A stretch of DNA of 64,000 nucleotides from the NCBI RefSeq assembly GCF_023055435.1, contig NW_025964383.1, positions 13,888,001-13,952,000 on the forward strand, written 5' to 3'. This stretch comes from Haliotis rufescens. Lineage: Eukaryota. The notes under the pieces are model-generated. The model ran no database searches. It saw only the letters and a program-made list of their open reading frames with translations, and was not told the DNA's origin. Numbering within the stretch: position 1 is the stretch's first letter; the number at the start of each line of letters is the position of its first letter. Below are positions 26,945 through 40,200 of the stretch, one piece after another. The translations under genes were made by a program, and so were the position numbers.

Positions 26945-27498
26945 AGACAGAATAGTTGGAGAGTCAGACATAGCCCTTGAGAGAAAAGTTGGAGAGTCAG
27001 ACATAGGCCCTGATAGAATAGTAGAGAGTCAGACATAGCCCTTGAGAGAACAGTTGGAGATTAAGACAAAGGCCCAGACAGAATAGTTGAAGTCAGACAT
27101 TGGCCCTGACTGAATAGTTTGAGAGTAAGACATAGGCCCAGACAGAAAAGTAGAGAGTCAGAAATAGCCCTTGAGAGAACAGTTGGAGATTAAGACATAG
27201 GCCCAGACAGAATAGTTGAAGTCAGACATTGGCCCTGACTGAATAGTTAGAGAGTAAGACATAGGCCCAGACAGAAAAGTAGAGAGTCAGAAATAGCCCT
27301 TGAGAGAAAATAGTTGGAGAGTCAGACATAGGCCCAGACAGAATAGTTGAAGTCAGACATTGGCCCTGACTGAATAGTTAGAGAGTCAGACATAGGCCCA
27401 GACAGAATAGTTGAAGTCAGACATTGGCCCTGACTGAATAGTAAGAGGGTCAGACATAGGCCCAGACAGAATAGTTGGAGAGTCAGACACAGGCCCTA
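26945..27498. repeat. ~32-bp tandem repeat with 129-bp (4-mer) higher-order unit
   Basis: gaatagttggagagtcagacataggcccagaca variants; gtagagagtcag recurs at 27021, 27150 and 27279. Confidence 0.9.
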
Positions 27499-27499
27499 A

Positions 27500-28455
27500 C
27501 ACAACCTGCCATCCCCTCATTCTCCACCACCTCCCATCCCCTCATTCCCCAACCCCCTCATAACCGAACACCTCCCACCCCATCAACCCCAACCCCTCAT
27601 CTCCCACCACCTCCCATCCCCTCATTCCCCAACCCCCTCATAACCGAACACCTCCCACCCCATCAACCTCAACCCCTCATCTCCCACCACCTCCCACCCA
27701 TTCAACCCCAACCCCCTCATCACCCACCACCTCCCTGCCCTTCAACCTCAACCCCTCATCTCCCACCACCTCCCATCCACTCATTCTCCACCACATCCCA
27801 CCCCTTCAACCCCAACCCCCTCATCACACACCACCTCCCACCCCTTCAACCTCAACCCCTCATTCTCCACCACCTCCCATCCACTCATTCTCCACCACCT
27901 CCCACCCATTCACCCCCAATCCCCTCATCTCCCACCACCTCCCATCCACTCATTCTCCACCACCTCCCACCCATTCACCCCCAATCCCCTCATCTCCCAC
28001 CACCTCCCATCCACTCATTCTCCACCACCTCCCACCCATTCACCCCCAATCCCCTCATCTCCCACCACCTCCCATCCACTCATTCTCCACCACATCCCAC
28101 CCCATCAACCCCAATCCCCTCATCTCCCACCACCTCCCATCCACTCATTCTCCACCACCTCCCACCCATTCACCCCCAATCCCCTCATCTCCCACCACCT
28201 CCCATCCACTCATTCTCCACCACCTCCCACCCATTCACCCCCAATCCCCTCATCTCCCACCACCTCCCATCCACTCATTCTCCACCACCTCCCACCCATT
28301 CACCCCCAATCCCCTCATCTCCCACCACCTCCCATCCACTCATTCTCCACCACCTCCCACCCATTCACCCCCAATCCCCTCATCACCCACCATCCCCACT
28401 CTCTCATCCCCAACCCCCTCATCACCCACCATCCCCACTCTCTCATCCCCAACCA
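27500..28455. repeat. C-rich, almost G-free tandem repeat (65-bp unit in the core)
   Basis: cacctcccatccactcattctccaccacctcccacccattcacccccaatcccctcatctcccac repeats. Confidence 0.9.
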
Positions 28456-29220
28456 TTTCCCGCCCATCCCGTTCCGAATATTACATGGACGTCAGCTCTC
28501 GATGTAATATCAAAGATACTTACACCTGAAATAAAACAGAAATCTAGATTTAATAACGAAAGTAAAATCAGAAGCGCGATAACAAGATCTGTAAACAAAA
28601 CCATTTCCGAGAAATCTTAACGCACACAGAACCATTACCTCATGACTATCAGTGCTGTGGCCCCACGACGCTCATAACAGTATTGATAATTCAACATATA
28701 TATCGTCAGCTTTAGCCCGTAGTACTTCAGTGGGAGAACAGTACGTTCTCCGTGTGAATGCATGTTTGGTCATGTGACCTCTGCATGGCCACCCTGCATT
28801 GTGTGACTTCCTTTTTTTGGTGTTACGGTAATGTGTGTCTCTGAATACCCGTCAGAAGGATTACACGACGAATTGAAAAAGGAAAGTAGCTCGTCCAAGA
28901 AATGCAAATTCTAAGTAACAGAGACGTCTCTATATTTGATAACAGCATATAACGAACCGTACATAGTCAATGCCTCTGATAGACTAGCCACTGTATTCAA
29001 AACATATGGCATACTGCGTACCGACTTTCACTCTATCGGTACACAATGCTAAACCAGGCCTCAAGGAGGACTTCTAGCAAGTAAGCGCGTTTCTATTTAA
29101 AAGAAGGGGGTTGCCCAGGTATTTGAAAATCCCGATTGACCAGGAAGTCTTGTCAACAATCAGGTAGAATAATCTGTACGAACACGCGATCGGCCAGTTC
29201 ACAGCGCATCTACATCCAAC

Positions 29221-32200
29221 ATGTCGGAATCGACAGGGTTCATTACAACCAACAGAGCTGATGTGCCCCTGTTTGGACCTGTGTGTGTCCGTGTCAGTGT
29301 GGTGGGATCCCTTCTTGTCAATGTAGCTGTTGTGACATTGGTGATCTTCTTCGTAGTGCTACAACATGATACAGATACGCCCCTACCCAATCCTGACACA
29401 GGCTCTGTGTGTTTTGTTTGCGATTATCTGGGTTCCGGGATCGAATCCCATGACACACTCTTCAGACTGGCCAAGGGAGGTAACCACACGTTTTGCTGCC
29501 TTAAAGAAAAGGATGAACTTACTCCTGCATTTGAACAGGTGTGTGTTTCTAGTTTGAATCGTATCCTATGTTTTTAGTTGGGTGATTGACTTGCCTTTGC
29601 ATATGTTTGTGACGCTCATATTTTCGAGGACACCTGGTATCACCATTTGATAATTATTAAACACATGCTCATGATATATTCGGAATCGTACATTCGAGTC
29701 TGCTTTTAACGGAGTTTTCTCTTATGAGCACTGAAAGAGTTTTGTCGTTTATATTTACAAAAGTTCACTGAATTTTTTAATTTTAAGAGTGTAAAGCGGA
29801 ATATATTATTGTATGTGTTCAAAACATGTTCCTACTGTATGGCGTCATAACATTTTGCAAATATTTACATCTCTGCTATCGATGCTCATGATGTCAATCA
29901 CTGGATTGTCTGGTTCAGACTCGATTATTTTACAGACCCCCGTCATATAGCTTGAATATTGCTGAGTGCGGCGTTAAAGAACAAACAAACAAACAAACAA
30001 ACATCTCTGCTGCACGGATGCATTTATCGCAACCCTGTTTATCGTGTTTATCAGTGTTGTATCTGTGCTTCGTGTTACAAGAAGGAAGTGATATCATGCG
30101 ATAGTAGTTGACATACGACACGACATAGATAAGTTATACACAACATCAACATGTCAGTTAATTATCTCACCTGACGTCAACGTCCGTAATCATATAGACG
30201 ACAGATACCTTTAACTTACTTAATTTTTAACTATTATGATTCTCAGGTGATTCTCTTTGCGCGTTAGCCGAGAATCTCTGCACTTGTACGCAGCAGGAGT
30301 TGAACGTTACCATATCGTTCTAAGTTTTCACCAAAGTGCATAACTTCGGGCGTTGCTCCCACAGGAAGCCCTGACTTGATACAACTGACATACTGTTCAA
30401 AGCGGCGGTTTTGTTTGTTTGTTGTTTAACGCCGCACTCAGCAATATTTCAGCTATATGACGGCGGTCTGAAAGTAATCGAGTCTGGAACAGACAATTCA
30501 GTGATTGATGTCATGAGCATCGATCCACGCAATTGGGATACGATGACATGCATCAACCAAGTCAGCGAGCCTGACAACCCAATCCTGTTAGTCGCCTCTT
30601 ACGACAAGCATAGTCACCATTTATGGCAAGTATGGGTTGCTGAAGACCCATTCTAGCCCGGATCTATACGGGTAGACAAGCATGGGTTTTTGAAGACCTA
30701 TTCTAACCCGGATCTTCACGGGTCTCAAAGCGGCGGTAAACCAATAAATAAAAAGGTAACGCCAGAGAACAAAAAGTCTCGATTAAATGGAAACTGCCGT
30801 GCGTTTAACGATCATGAATGTTTTAATAGTTTAGTGTCACAACTCACAACTATTATGAGGAGCTTTCGGGTAGTCTAGTGGTTAAAGCGTTCGCTCGTCA
30901 CGCCGAAGACCCGGGTTCGATTCCCGACATGGGTACAGAGCGTAAAGCCCATTTCTGGTGTCCCCCGCCGTGATATTGCTGGATTATTGCTAAAAGCGGC
31001 GTAAAACCATACTCACTTACTCACAACTACTATGACTATTTGTGTTTATGTAACAGATTAAACGATTTTACCAACAAAAGATCACACGCATTGTAGCAAC
31101 ATCGGAGGTACTATTAGAAATAATAATTTGTTTACCAATGTATTTTTATAAGATAAGTGTATTAAGTCATTTCTATATGTCTGCAACATAAGCCAGATTG
31201 TTAATATTGTTTTCGCAGATGGCTAAAGCTATATATAAAGGAAAAGGTATGTAAAAATAAATACTCACGCCAATATAAAATTATTAATTATTTTCTATAT
31301 GATATAGCAAGAATTTTTTTATTATCTCTTACAAAATTATTTAATGATCTTGTGAACCAGACCATGATTCACGGCGTATAAAAATAAATTCAGATTAATA
31401 TTTGTAAAAATAATTCACGAACTTTGTTGTCAGAAGACATATTTGAGAAAAACTATCCCACGATTATTCTTCCTGGTCTAAAGGACAAAATCATGTTTGA
31501 AGGTGACTATGGTTCTCACTATCTGTCTACCCGTAAAGATCCGGGGTAGAATAGGTCTTCAGCAACCCATGCTTGCCGTAAAAGGTGACTATGCTTGTCG
31601 TAAGAGGAGACTAACGGGATCGGGTGGTCAGGCTCGCTGACTTTGTTGATGCATGTCATCGTATCCCAATTGCGTGGATCGATGCTCATGATGTCAATCC
31701 CTGTGTTGTCTGGCCCAGAATCGACTTTTTACAGATTGCCGTCATATAACTGGAATATTGCTGAGTGCGGCGTTAAACAACAAACAAACAAACAACCAAA
31801 CAAACAAAACTACCTGTCTGTTACAGCGGATGCTCCTCTCACTCCCAGTGTCGCCGCCCCGTGGATGAGGGGTGCCACTGGAGCACTTCTGTATCTGGAC
31901 CCGGCAGCAATAAATGGTTTGTTTCTATGGTTACCATACCTGTTTCTTCTCATTAGCGATGCATTACGAGGGTATTAATCACCAGACGGAAAACAAACAT
32001 AATAGGTTTTGTATGCAACTCAACTGACGGGGAAAGAAAGTATTTACCCAAGTTTGGCGGTGGCTAAAATAAAAACAAAAACAAGAAATGGTTATTCGAT
32101 GGTGATATATTTGATGCGGGTACCATAGTTATGTTTTGGACCTTACGTTTGCTGTGTTGTTTCGGCGACTGTTTTCAGACTATTAACGCTGTGATAACGT

Positions 32201-33766
32201 TTGTAATTGTTTGGTCAACTCCATTTTTCAACTGTATACTTTCATTTGCCCATCAGTTTATAAAAAAAGCAAAAAAAACCNNNNNNNNNNNNNNNNNNNN
32301 NNNNNNNNNNNNNNNNNNNNNNNNNNNNNNNNNNNNNNNNNNNNNNNNNNNNNNNNNNNNNNNNNNNNNNNNNNNNNNNNNNNNNNNNNNNNNNNNNNNN
32401 NNNNNNNNNNTTTGAATGTTACAACGCATTCATAGGTCCCGGTAACAAATTACCGTTGCTGAGCAGGTTGAGTCATGATTTTCTACCAAAGAGACACCCA
32501 TGACGTACGGCTTTGGTATTGAAGTATTCTTTAAATAGAATCCATTCATAAAACTATGTTATTTCTTCAGATATTATTTGATACACACACGTGGCTATAA
32601 ATAGTACTCCTTCTTCCCGGCGTCGGTGTCTTCGTGACCACGATCGTACCTGACGCTTCCTTGTTCAACACTGAATGATCCTTGTTGGTACCGTTTCATT
32701 GTGTCATGAAAAATTCCAAGTACTACGTACACTACTCAATGTAATGTTCCGGGAATGGTAAAACCAGGAAGTCTTGTAGATACAGTAAACGGGTATGGTT
32801 GCGGAATGGTTGCATTCAGAAATGGGTGAGTATGGTTTTACGCCGCTTTTAGCAATATTCCAGCAATATCACGGCGGGGGACACCAGAAATGGGCTTCAC
32901 ACATTGTACCCATGTCGGGAATCGAACCCGGGTCTTCGGCGTGACGAGCGAACGCTTTAACCACAAGGTTACCCGACCGCCCCGCATTCAGAAATGACGT
33001 TTGAAATCGGTACTGTCAGGATCCTTGCGGGGAGGATGTGATCACGTTTCTGATGCGATAGGTATGTTTGGAGCGTTCGGGGGAAATATGAACACATTTA
33101 GATAAAAATCGCCAGAAAATAATCAGATTCGATTATCTGCCGAAACAAATTCTATTGGGCGTAAAAGGCAAAATAGTGAAAGTATTTTTTTAAAATTAAA
33201 AACAAATGGCCCTAAAATCTTCCGTAGATATCTTGACAGCATCTGTGGTGTTCTTTTATGTCAGAACATGGTCGCTTATTTCTGGTCGCTAAATGGCTGA
33301 AACATTGTCGATGCAACTTTAATGCTTAACTCACTCTTTAATAAAAATTAATTTTGAGACATTTCATATTTTCGTTTCAGGCTCCACGCTGACCTGGAAT
33401 GACCGAGGACGGAACAACTTCGCCTTCATGTCTGGCGTTGAGTATCGAGATCGCAAAATACACATACCGTCGAATGGTCGATATCACGTATATTCCCACG
33501 TGACTTACAAGCAGAATAAGGACACATATGGTTGCAAGACGTTCTTGCATCAGATTACCCGTGAACACCCGAGACAGCCGAAGTTAGGGGAGGTCACTCT
33601 TCTGGTTACCAAGAATAGCTACTCGACACATGAGATATATCAATCCAGCTTCCTGTCAGCCATCTTGGTCATGCGCAAAAATGACCGAATCGCCGTCAAT
33701 GTTTCTGATGTCTTATCAGTTCACAAACAGTCCTCGCTTACATTTTTCGGTGTAAGGAAACTTTAG
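29221..33766 (+). CDS. TNF-superfamily ligand, copy 3 (4 exons incl. 28-nt micro-exon, ~273 aa)
   Basis: Exons 29221-29538, 31219-31246 (MAKAIYKGK), 31827-31916 (..GALLYLD), 33381-33766 (LTW, GRYHVYSHVTY, SSFLSAILVMRKNDRIAVNVS, TFFGVRKL). 822 nt, phases 0/1/1 fit. An N-gap lies in intron 3. Confidence 0.88.
31529..31808 (+). mobile_element. Short retroposon family B (~280 bp, non-tRNA structured head, (AAAC)n tail), in TNF copy 3 intron 2
   Basis: acccgtgaagatccggggtagaataggtcttcagc..gtcgtaagaggcgactaacggg..gagtgcggcgttaaac(aaac)n; TSD actatctgtct/actacctgtct. Other copies: ~10877-11146(+), 12823-13000(+), 13686-14168(-, split), 17108-17305(-), 18996-19255(+), 20327-20592(+), 23608-23793(-), 24160-24350(-), 29877-30003(+), 30408-30724(-), 43367-43581(+), 44290-44537(-), 50052-50238(-), 51341-51611(+), 53938-54186(+), 55523-55694(+), 58430-58695(-), 61370-61638(-), 63643-63891(-). 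Confidence 0.9.
32825..32983 (-). mobile_element. SINE family A copy
   Basis: Full consensus match, flanked by 13-bp TSD gcattcagaaatg. Confidence 0.9.
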
Positions 33767-33966
33767 AGTGATCCGTCATTCCCTTCAGTGTGCCACTTAT
33801 CCATCTATAAGGATGCATGTATGTCAAGAGTGTTTGATTGGTCGTTATTAACGCCACACTCAGCACATTCCAAGCAAGGAGAGGTTTTATTCCATACTAA
33901 AAGGCCTCGGGCCTACAGTACAATTATGTTTTCGGCAGTGGTTGCAGATATGTTTAACAGGTCATA

Positions 33967-34115
33967 TTCTAATTAACATAGCGTGAATGAACATTGATAG
34001 TTGTTCTAATTAACATAGCGTGAATGAACATTGATAGTTGTTCTAATGAACATAGCGTGAATGAACATTGATAGTTATTCTAATTAACATAGCATGATAA
34101 ATGAACATTGATAGC
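33967..34115. repeat. 37-bp tandem repeat, 4 copies
   Basis: ttctaattaacatagcgtgaatgaacattgatagttg at 33967, 34004, 34041 and 34078. Confidence 0.9.
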
Positions 34116-34500
34116 TTTTTAGATTATCTTTATCAGTTGGTGACATGATCGATATAAATGTTTGTTGAGTGGGATGTACATAAAAAGGCAGTTCAATACT
34201 TCTTAGATGGTCGTATGTTGGACGGACTAACAGAAAATAAAACTCATCTTTAATCACATTTAAACCACATTGTTCACATATTCTCAATTCTCTGGATCTG
34301 TTTCTATGTCTGCCTACTTCGATCCTAAGTCTATGAGATCTGCATCTAAATTGCGCTGAATTGATTCTAAATCATTAAAAATTTATATCAAACAAATAGT
34401 ATTCTGGGGAAATAGTTGTCTTAAAAAGCTTGTAATAACTGCATTTTTCTGAACTTAAAACATGCGATGACCATATTTGTAAATAAATATCCTTAAGTCT
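34084..34500 (-). mobile_element. Non-LTR retrotransposon ORF2 C-terminal fossil
   Basis: Minus-strand FRCRSHRLRIEVGR..RICEQC..DEFYFLL..Y..LR resembles the C-terminal CxxC..EDEFHF zinc-knuckle region of LINE ORF2; degenerate, clade not determined. Confidence 0.65.
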
Positions 34501-35102
34501 TTGGCGTATAGATAAATAAAATTATCCGGGTATAACTGCGGCCTGGGAATAGTNNNNNNNNNNNNNNNNNNNNNNNNNNNNNNNNNNNNNNNNNNNNNNN
34601 NNNNNNNNNNNNNNNNNNNNNNNNNNNNNNNNNNNNNNNNNNNNNNNNNNNNNNNNNNNNNNNNNNNNNNNNNNNNNNNNNNNNNNNNNNNNNNNNNNNN
34701 NNNNNNNNNNNNNNNNNNNNNTCTTGGCTCCGCGTATGTGGTGACTGATAATGTAAGCACCATCCCACTCCATCGGGCGGCGCGCATTTGACTCTCAATC
34801 TTCCAAGACTGAAGCTGGATGGTTGACTTAACGGCAGAAATATCATGTCATTAAATCTGATTGCATGCGTTTGATTCTATATTCCCACTACGAGTTGCAT
34901 AAATGACCATACTTGAGACGCGCAGGTGGCCCAGTCGTTCAAGATGTCCACATTCGATGAGCTGACCCGCAATCGAGCAAGAATCCGATGATCGTGGGAT
35001 TGGATCCTTGCTTCTTGGTTTGTCAATAACAAGAACTCGAAGGTTTTCGATATTGTTCCAAGTGGCAGTAACGCAACTCACTCACTAACTCACTCTCTCA
35101 CT

Positions 35103-35464
35103 GGACCGCCTCCGTGGTCTAGTGGTAGAGCGTCCGCCCGGAGAGCGGAAGGTCCGGGGTTCGATCCCCGACCGCGTCATACCAAAAGACGTTAAAATAT
35201 GGAACTTGTTGTTACCCTGTCTGGCGCTCGGCATTAAAGGGTTTAAACAAGGACTGGTCGGCTCGGAGTCAGTATACTGTGTCTGAATGGGGTATTCATG
35301 TTAAACTGCGGCATGGTATCTCAGTGAGCTAGCACTATAAATCGGCATCAGTCCGGACTAGTGCAAGCAGCCACACAAACACACACACGTACATGCACGT
35401 CGCTATATAAGTGCAATAATCTTGGACGCGACGTTAAACCCCACCTCACCTCACCTCACCTCAC
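35103..35464 (+). mobile_element. SINE family C (tRNA head, ~360 bp, internal (CA)n, (CACCT)n tail), full-length copy
   Basis: A box (tggtctagtgg), B box (ggttcgatccc), central gtcataccaaaagacgttaaaa.. domain, 12-bp TSD cactctctcact. Other copies: 13817-14095(-), 14930-15095(+), 20079-20305(-), 22056-22399(-), 25370-25722(-), 46250-46393(-), 48027-48356(+), 57975-58105(-). Confidence 0.9.
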
Positions 35465-37283
35465 CACTCTCTCACTAAACGTCCGACCTCTTAATATGTG
35501 GGAAAGGTCAGGGAACAGGATATATTTTGGTCACTGCTTGAAACCATGTATGCAGTTATTTTCTCTCTGTAGACCGGTTCCAAAACCCAAACCCCTTAAC
35601 CAACCCTTAAACCAACCCCACCCCACAACCACACAACCCACAACCACACAACCCATAACCACCAACAACAAACAACAAAACTCACAAACCTCAAATCATC
35701 CCCGAATATCAAACTGTTAGAACCGAGAGTCTCTCCGCCTTCCATTCTTGAATGCAGGTTTTTTTCTTCCAAGCGCCCAGTGGTTAAGAGATTTATCATG
35801 TTAAATGAACGTATGTACATTATACAAAAAATGAGTAATTCTACCAACAGTTTTGTGTTCAGTTCAACTCTCTAAACGATATGGAGAAATTTACCTGCTG
35901 TCCGAAAGTAATGATGATCATGAGTGAATAGTGTTTAACGCCGTTTGAACAGTATTACAGTTATATCACGGCGTATCAGCTTAATGTTAAGGAAAACCCC
36001 GACGTGATGCAGGTCTTAGACGTTAATCACTTTGGTGACACCCACGAGCACCGGTATGGCCATGGTGCTGACAAACCTAGAAACATAATCAGGACTAACG
36101 GGGATTCGATCATAGGTTGCTGGAGTGCCCAAGACGACCCAGAATAACAATTCCTCACATGGAATTGTTTGAATATGCTCACGTCTGGACAAGGTTAAAC
36201 CGAATCCTGAAGAATTTGAAACCAGGATGAAACAGATAAAAGCAGTATGCACAAGTCTGGACAGAGTCAAGCCGAATCCTGAAGAATTTGAAATCGTCGT
36301 CAAACAGGAAAACGTCAACTCTGTGCGTCATCATGATACGAGGGTCATGTGGTGGCCTACGAACTAAGCTCTAGAAGCCTTACCCTGCACATTGCACACT
36401 GATAGCGAACGTGGTAGAACAAATCAGCCTTGTGATTCTTTACCCCAGCCACAGCTTGCACAACTTCGGCAAGGTTATCGGGATATGTAAACAGTCGTGT
36501 TCTAAATCTGTAACGCTATTAGATTCCATCCTACATGTATGTTGTTCAGATTTCACAAGGGTTAAGTTTATTACATTATAAATTTTCAATGTCATTTTTT
36601 TCTATTTCGCGATCACTTCGTCTTCTTGAAATTATACTTCCATCAACACCAATGACCTGCTCAGGTCGATACTGTGCTCATATAGGGCCTCCTGTTGTCT
36701 AGTCGGTGTTGACTCATGTGTTTCTTGTGCAAAAGATAAAATTCATCCCTGACAGTCTGAAAATGATATATTAACAGTTTTTTACTGGATTAGATCCTTT
36801 AAATGTAAACCATCATTTTTAAACCTTTTAACTTCAACTCCTCTTGTCTTGGAGGGGGAGAGAGAGAGAGCTTGGCACGGGTGGCCCAGTCGTATAAGGC
36901 ACCGCGATTCGCTGTGCAGAGTTCCGTACCTTGGGCTCGCCAGAAACCTATGGCTGTGGGTTCGTTTTCCCAGTTCGCCCCGGTTTGTCAGTACCATACC
37001 CGTACACGTGGGTTTCACCGAAGTGGCAAACGTCTGAGACCTGCATCACTTCGGGCTTTCCCTCCACATTAAGCTAAAACGCCGCGATATAACTGGAATA
37101 CTGTTAAAAGCGGCGTTAAACCCAGCTCATTCACTCACTCATCCCGCTGTGGGAATTCCTGAGGAAACAATTCTGTTTGAAAACCAGATTTGATGCGTTC
37201 ATCTGAGTTAACAGAATAGGAGTCAGCAGCTGCAACATTAATGTAATTAGTAAAATATTTTGACATTGTTGTGAAGCTAACAG

Positions 37284-40200
37284 CCCGTCACTACCCATCA
37301 GAAAACACAACCTCCCGTAACTACCCACCAGACAACACAACCTCCCGTCACTACCCACAGGACAACACAACCTTACGTAACTTCCCACAGGACAACACAA
37401 CGTCCCGCCACTACCCACAGGACAACACAACCTTCCTTCACTACCCACACGACAACACAACCTCCCGTCACTACCCACAGGGCAACACAACCTCACGTCA
37501 CTGCCCACAGGACAACACAACATCCCGTCACTACGCACGGGACAACACAACCTCCCGTCACTACCCACGGGACAACACAACCTCCCGTCACTACCCACAG
37601 GACAACACAACCTCCCGTCACAACCCATGGACAACATAACCTCCCGTCACTACCCACAAGACAACACAACCTCCCGTCACTACCCACAAGACAACACAAC
37701 CTCCCGTCACTACCCACCAGACAACACAACCTCCCGTCACTACCCACAGGACAACACAACCTCCCGTCACTACCCACCAGACAACACAACCTCCCGTCAC
37801 AACCCACAAGACAACACAACCTCCCGTCACAACCCACAAGACAACACAACCTCCCGTCACTACCCACGGGACAACACAACCTCCCTTCACTACCCACGGG
37901 ACAACACAATCTCCCGTCACAACCCACAAGACAACACAACCTCCCGTCACTACCCACCAGACAACACAACCTCCCGTCAATACCCACCAGACAACACAAC
38001 CGCCCGTCACTACCCACAGGACAACACAACCTCCCGTCACTACCCACCAGACAACACAACCTCCCGTCACAACCCACAAGACAACACAACCTCCCGTCAC
38101 AACCCACAAGACAACACAACCTCCCGTCACTACCCACGGGACAACACAACCTCCCGTCACTACCCACGGGACAACACAATCTCCCGTCACAACCCACAAG
38201 ACAACACAACCTCCCGTCACTACCCACCAGACAACACAACCTCCCGTCACTACCCACCAGACAACACAACCTCCCGTCACAACCCACAAGACAACACAAC
38301 CTCCCGTCACAACCCACAAGACAACACAACCTCCCGTCACTGCCCACGGGACAACACAACCTTCCGTCACTACCCGCAGGACAACACAACATTACGTCAC
38401 TGCCTACAGGACAACACAACCTCCCGTCACTACCCACAGGACAACACAACCTTCCTTCACTACCCACACGACAACACAACCTCCCGTCACTACCAACAGG
38501 ACAACACAACCTCACGTCACTGCCCACAGGACAACACAACCTCACGTCACTACCCACAGGACAACAAAACCTCCCGTCACAACCCACAGGACAACACAAC
38601 CTCCCGTCGCTACACACAGAACAACACGACCTCCCGTCACTGCCCACATGGCAACACAACCTCCCGTCACAACCAACAGGGCAACACAACATCCCGGCAC
38701 TGTCCACAGGGCAACACATCCTCCCGTCACTACCCACCAGACAACACAACCTCCCGTCACTACCCACAGGACAACACAACATTACGTCACAACCCACAGG
38801 ACAACACAACCTCCCGTCACTACCCACAGGACAACACAACCTTCCTTCACTACCCACACGACAACACAACCTCCCGTCACTACCCACAGGGCAACACAAC
38901 ATCCCGGCAATGCCCACGGGGCGACACAACCTCCCGTCACTACCCACCAGACAACACAACCTCCCGTCACTACCCACAGGACAACACAACATTACGTCAC
39001 TGCCCACAGGACCACACAACATTACGTCACTACCCACAGGACAACACAACCTCCCGTCACTATCCACAGGACAACACAACCTTCCTTCACTACCAATACG
39101 ACAACACAACCTCCCGTCACTACCAACAGGACAACACAACCTCCCGTCACTACCCACGGGACAACACAACATCCCGTAACTACCCACGGGACAACACAAC
39201 CTCCCGTCACAACCCACAAGACAACACAACCTCCCGTCACTACCCACGGGACAACACAACCTTCCGTCACTACCCACAGGACAACACAACATTACGTCAT
39301 TGCCCACAGGACAACACAACCTCCCGTCACTACCCACAGGACAACACAACCTTCCTTCACTACCCACACGACAACACAACCTCCCTTCACTACCCACAGG
39401 ACAACACAACATTACGTCACTGCCCACAGGACAACACAACCTCCCATCACTACCCACAGGACAACAAAACCTCCCGTCACAACCCACAGGACAACATAAC
39501 CTCCCGTCGCTACCCACAGAACAACACGACCTCCCGTCACTGCCCACATGGCAACACAACCTCCCGTCACTACCCACAGGGCAACACAACATCCCGGCAA
39601 TGCCCACAGGGCAACACAATCTCCCGTCACTACCCACCAGACAACACAACCTCCCGTCACTACCCACAGGACAACACAACCTTCCTTCACTACCAACACG
39701 ACAACACAACCTCCCGTCACTACCCATAGGGCAACACAACCTCCCGTCACTACCCACGGGAGAACACAACATCCCGTCACTACCCACGGGACAACACAAC
39801 CTCCCGTCACAACCCACAAGACAACACAGCCTCCCGTAACTACCCACGGGACAACACAACCTTCCGTCACTACCCACAGGACAACACAACATTACGTCAC
39901 TGCCCATAGGACAACACAACCTCCCGTCACTACCCACAGGACAACACAACCTTCCTTCACTACCCACACGACAACACAACCTCCCGTCACTACCCACAGG
40001 CCAACACAACATTACGTCACTGCCCACAGGACAACACAACCTCCCGTCACTACCCACAGGACAACAAAACCTCCCGTCACAACCCACAGGACAACATAAC
40101 CTCCCGTCACTACCCACAGAACAACACGACCTCCCGTCACTGCCCACATGGCAACACAACCTCCCGTCACTGCCCACAGGACAACACAACCTCCCGTCAC

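Noticed and set aside
27475-28620. 381-aa Pro/His-rich extensin-like ORF
   Set aside because: It arises from a nearly G-free repeat that rarely forms stop codons, and it starts at a TTG inside another satellite.
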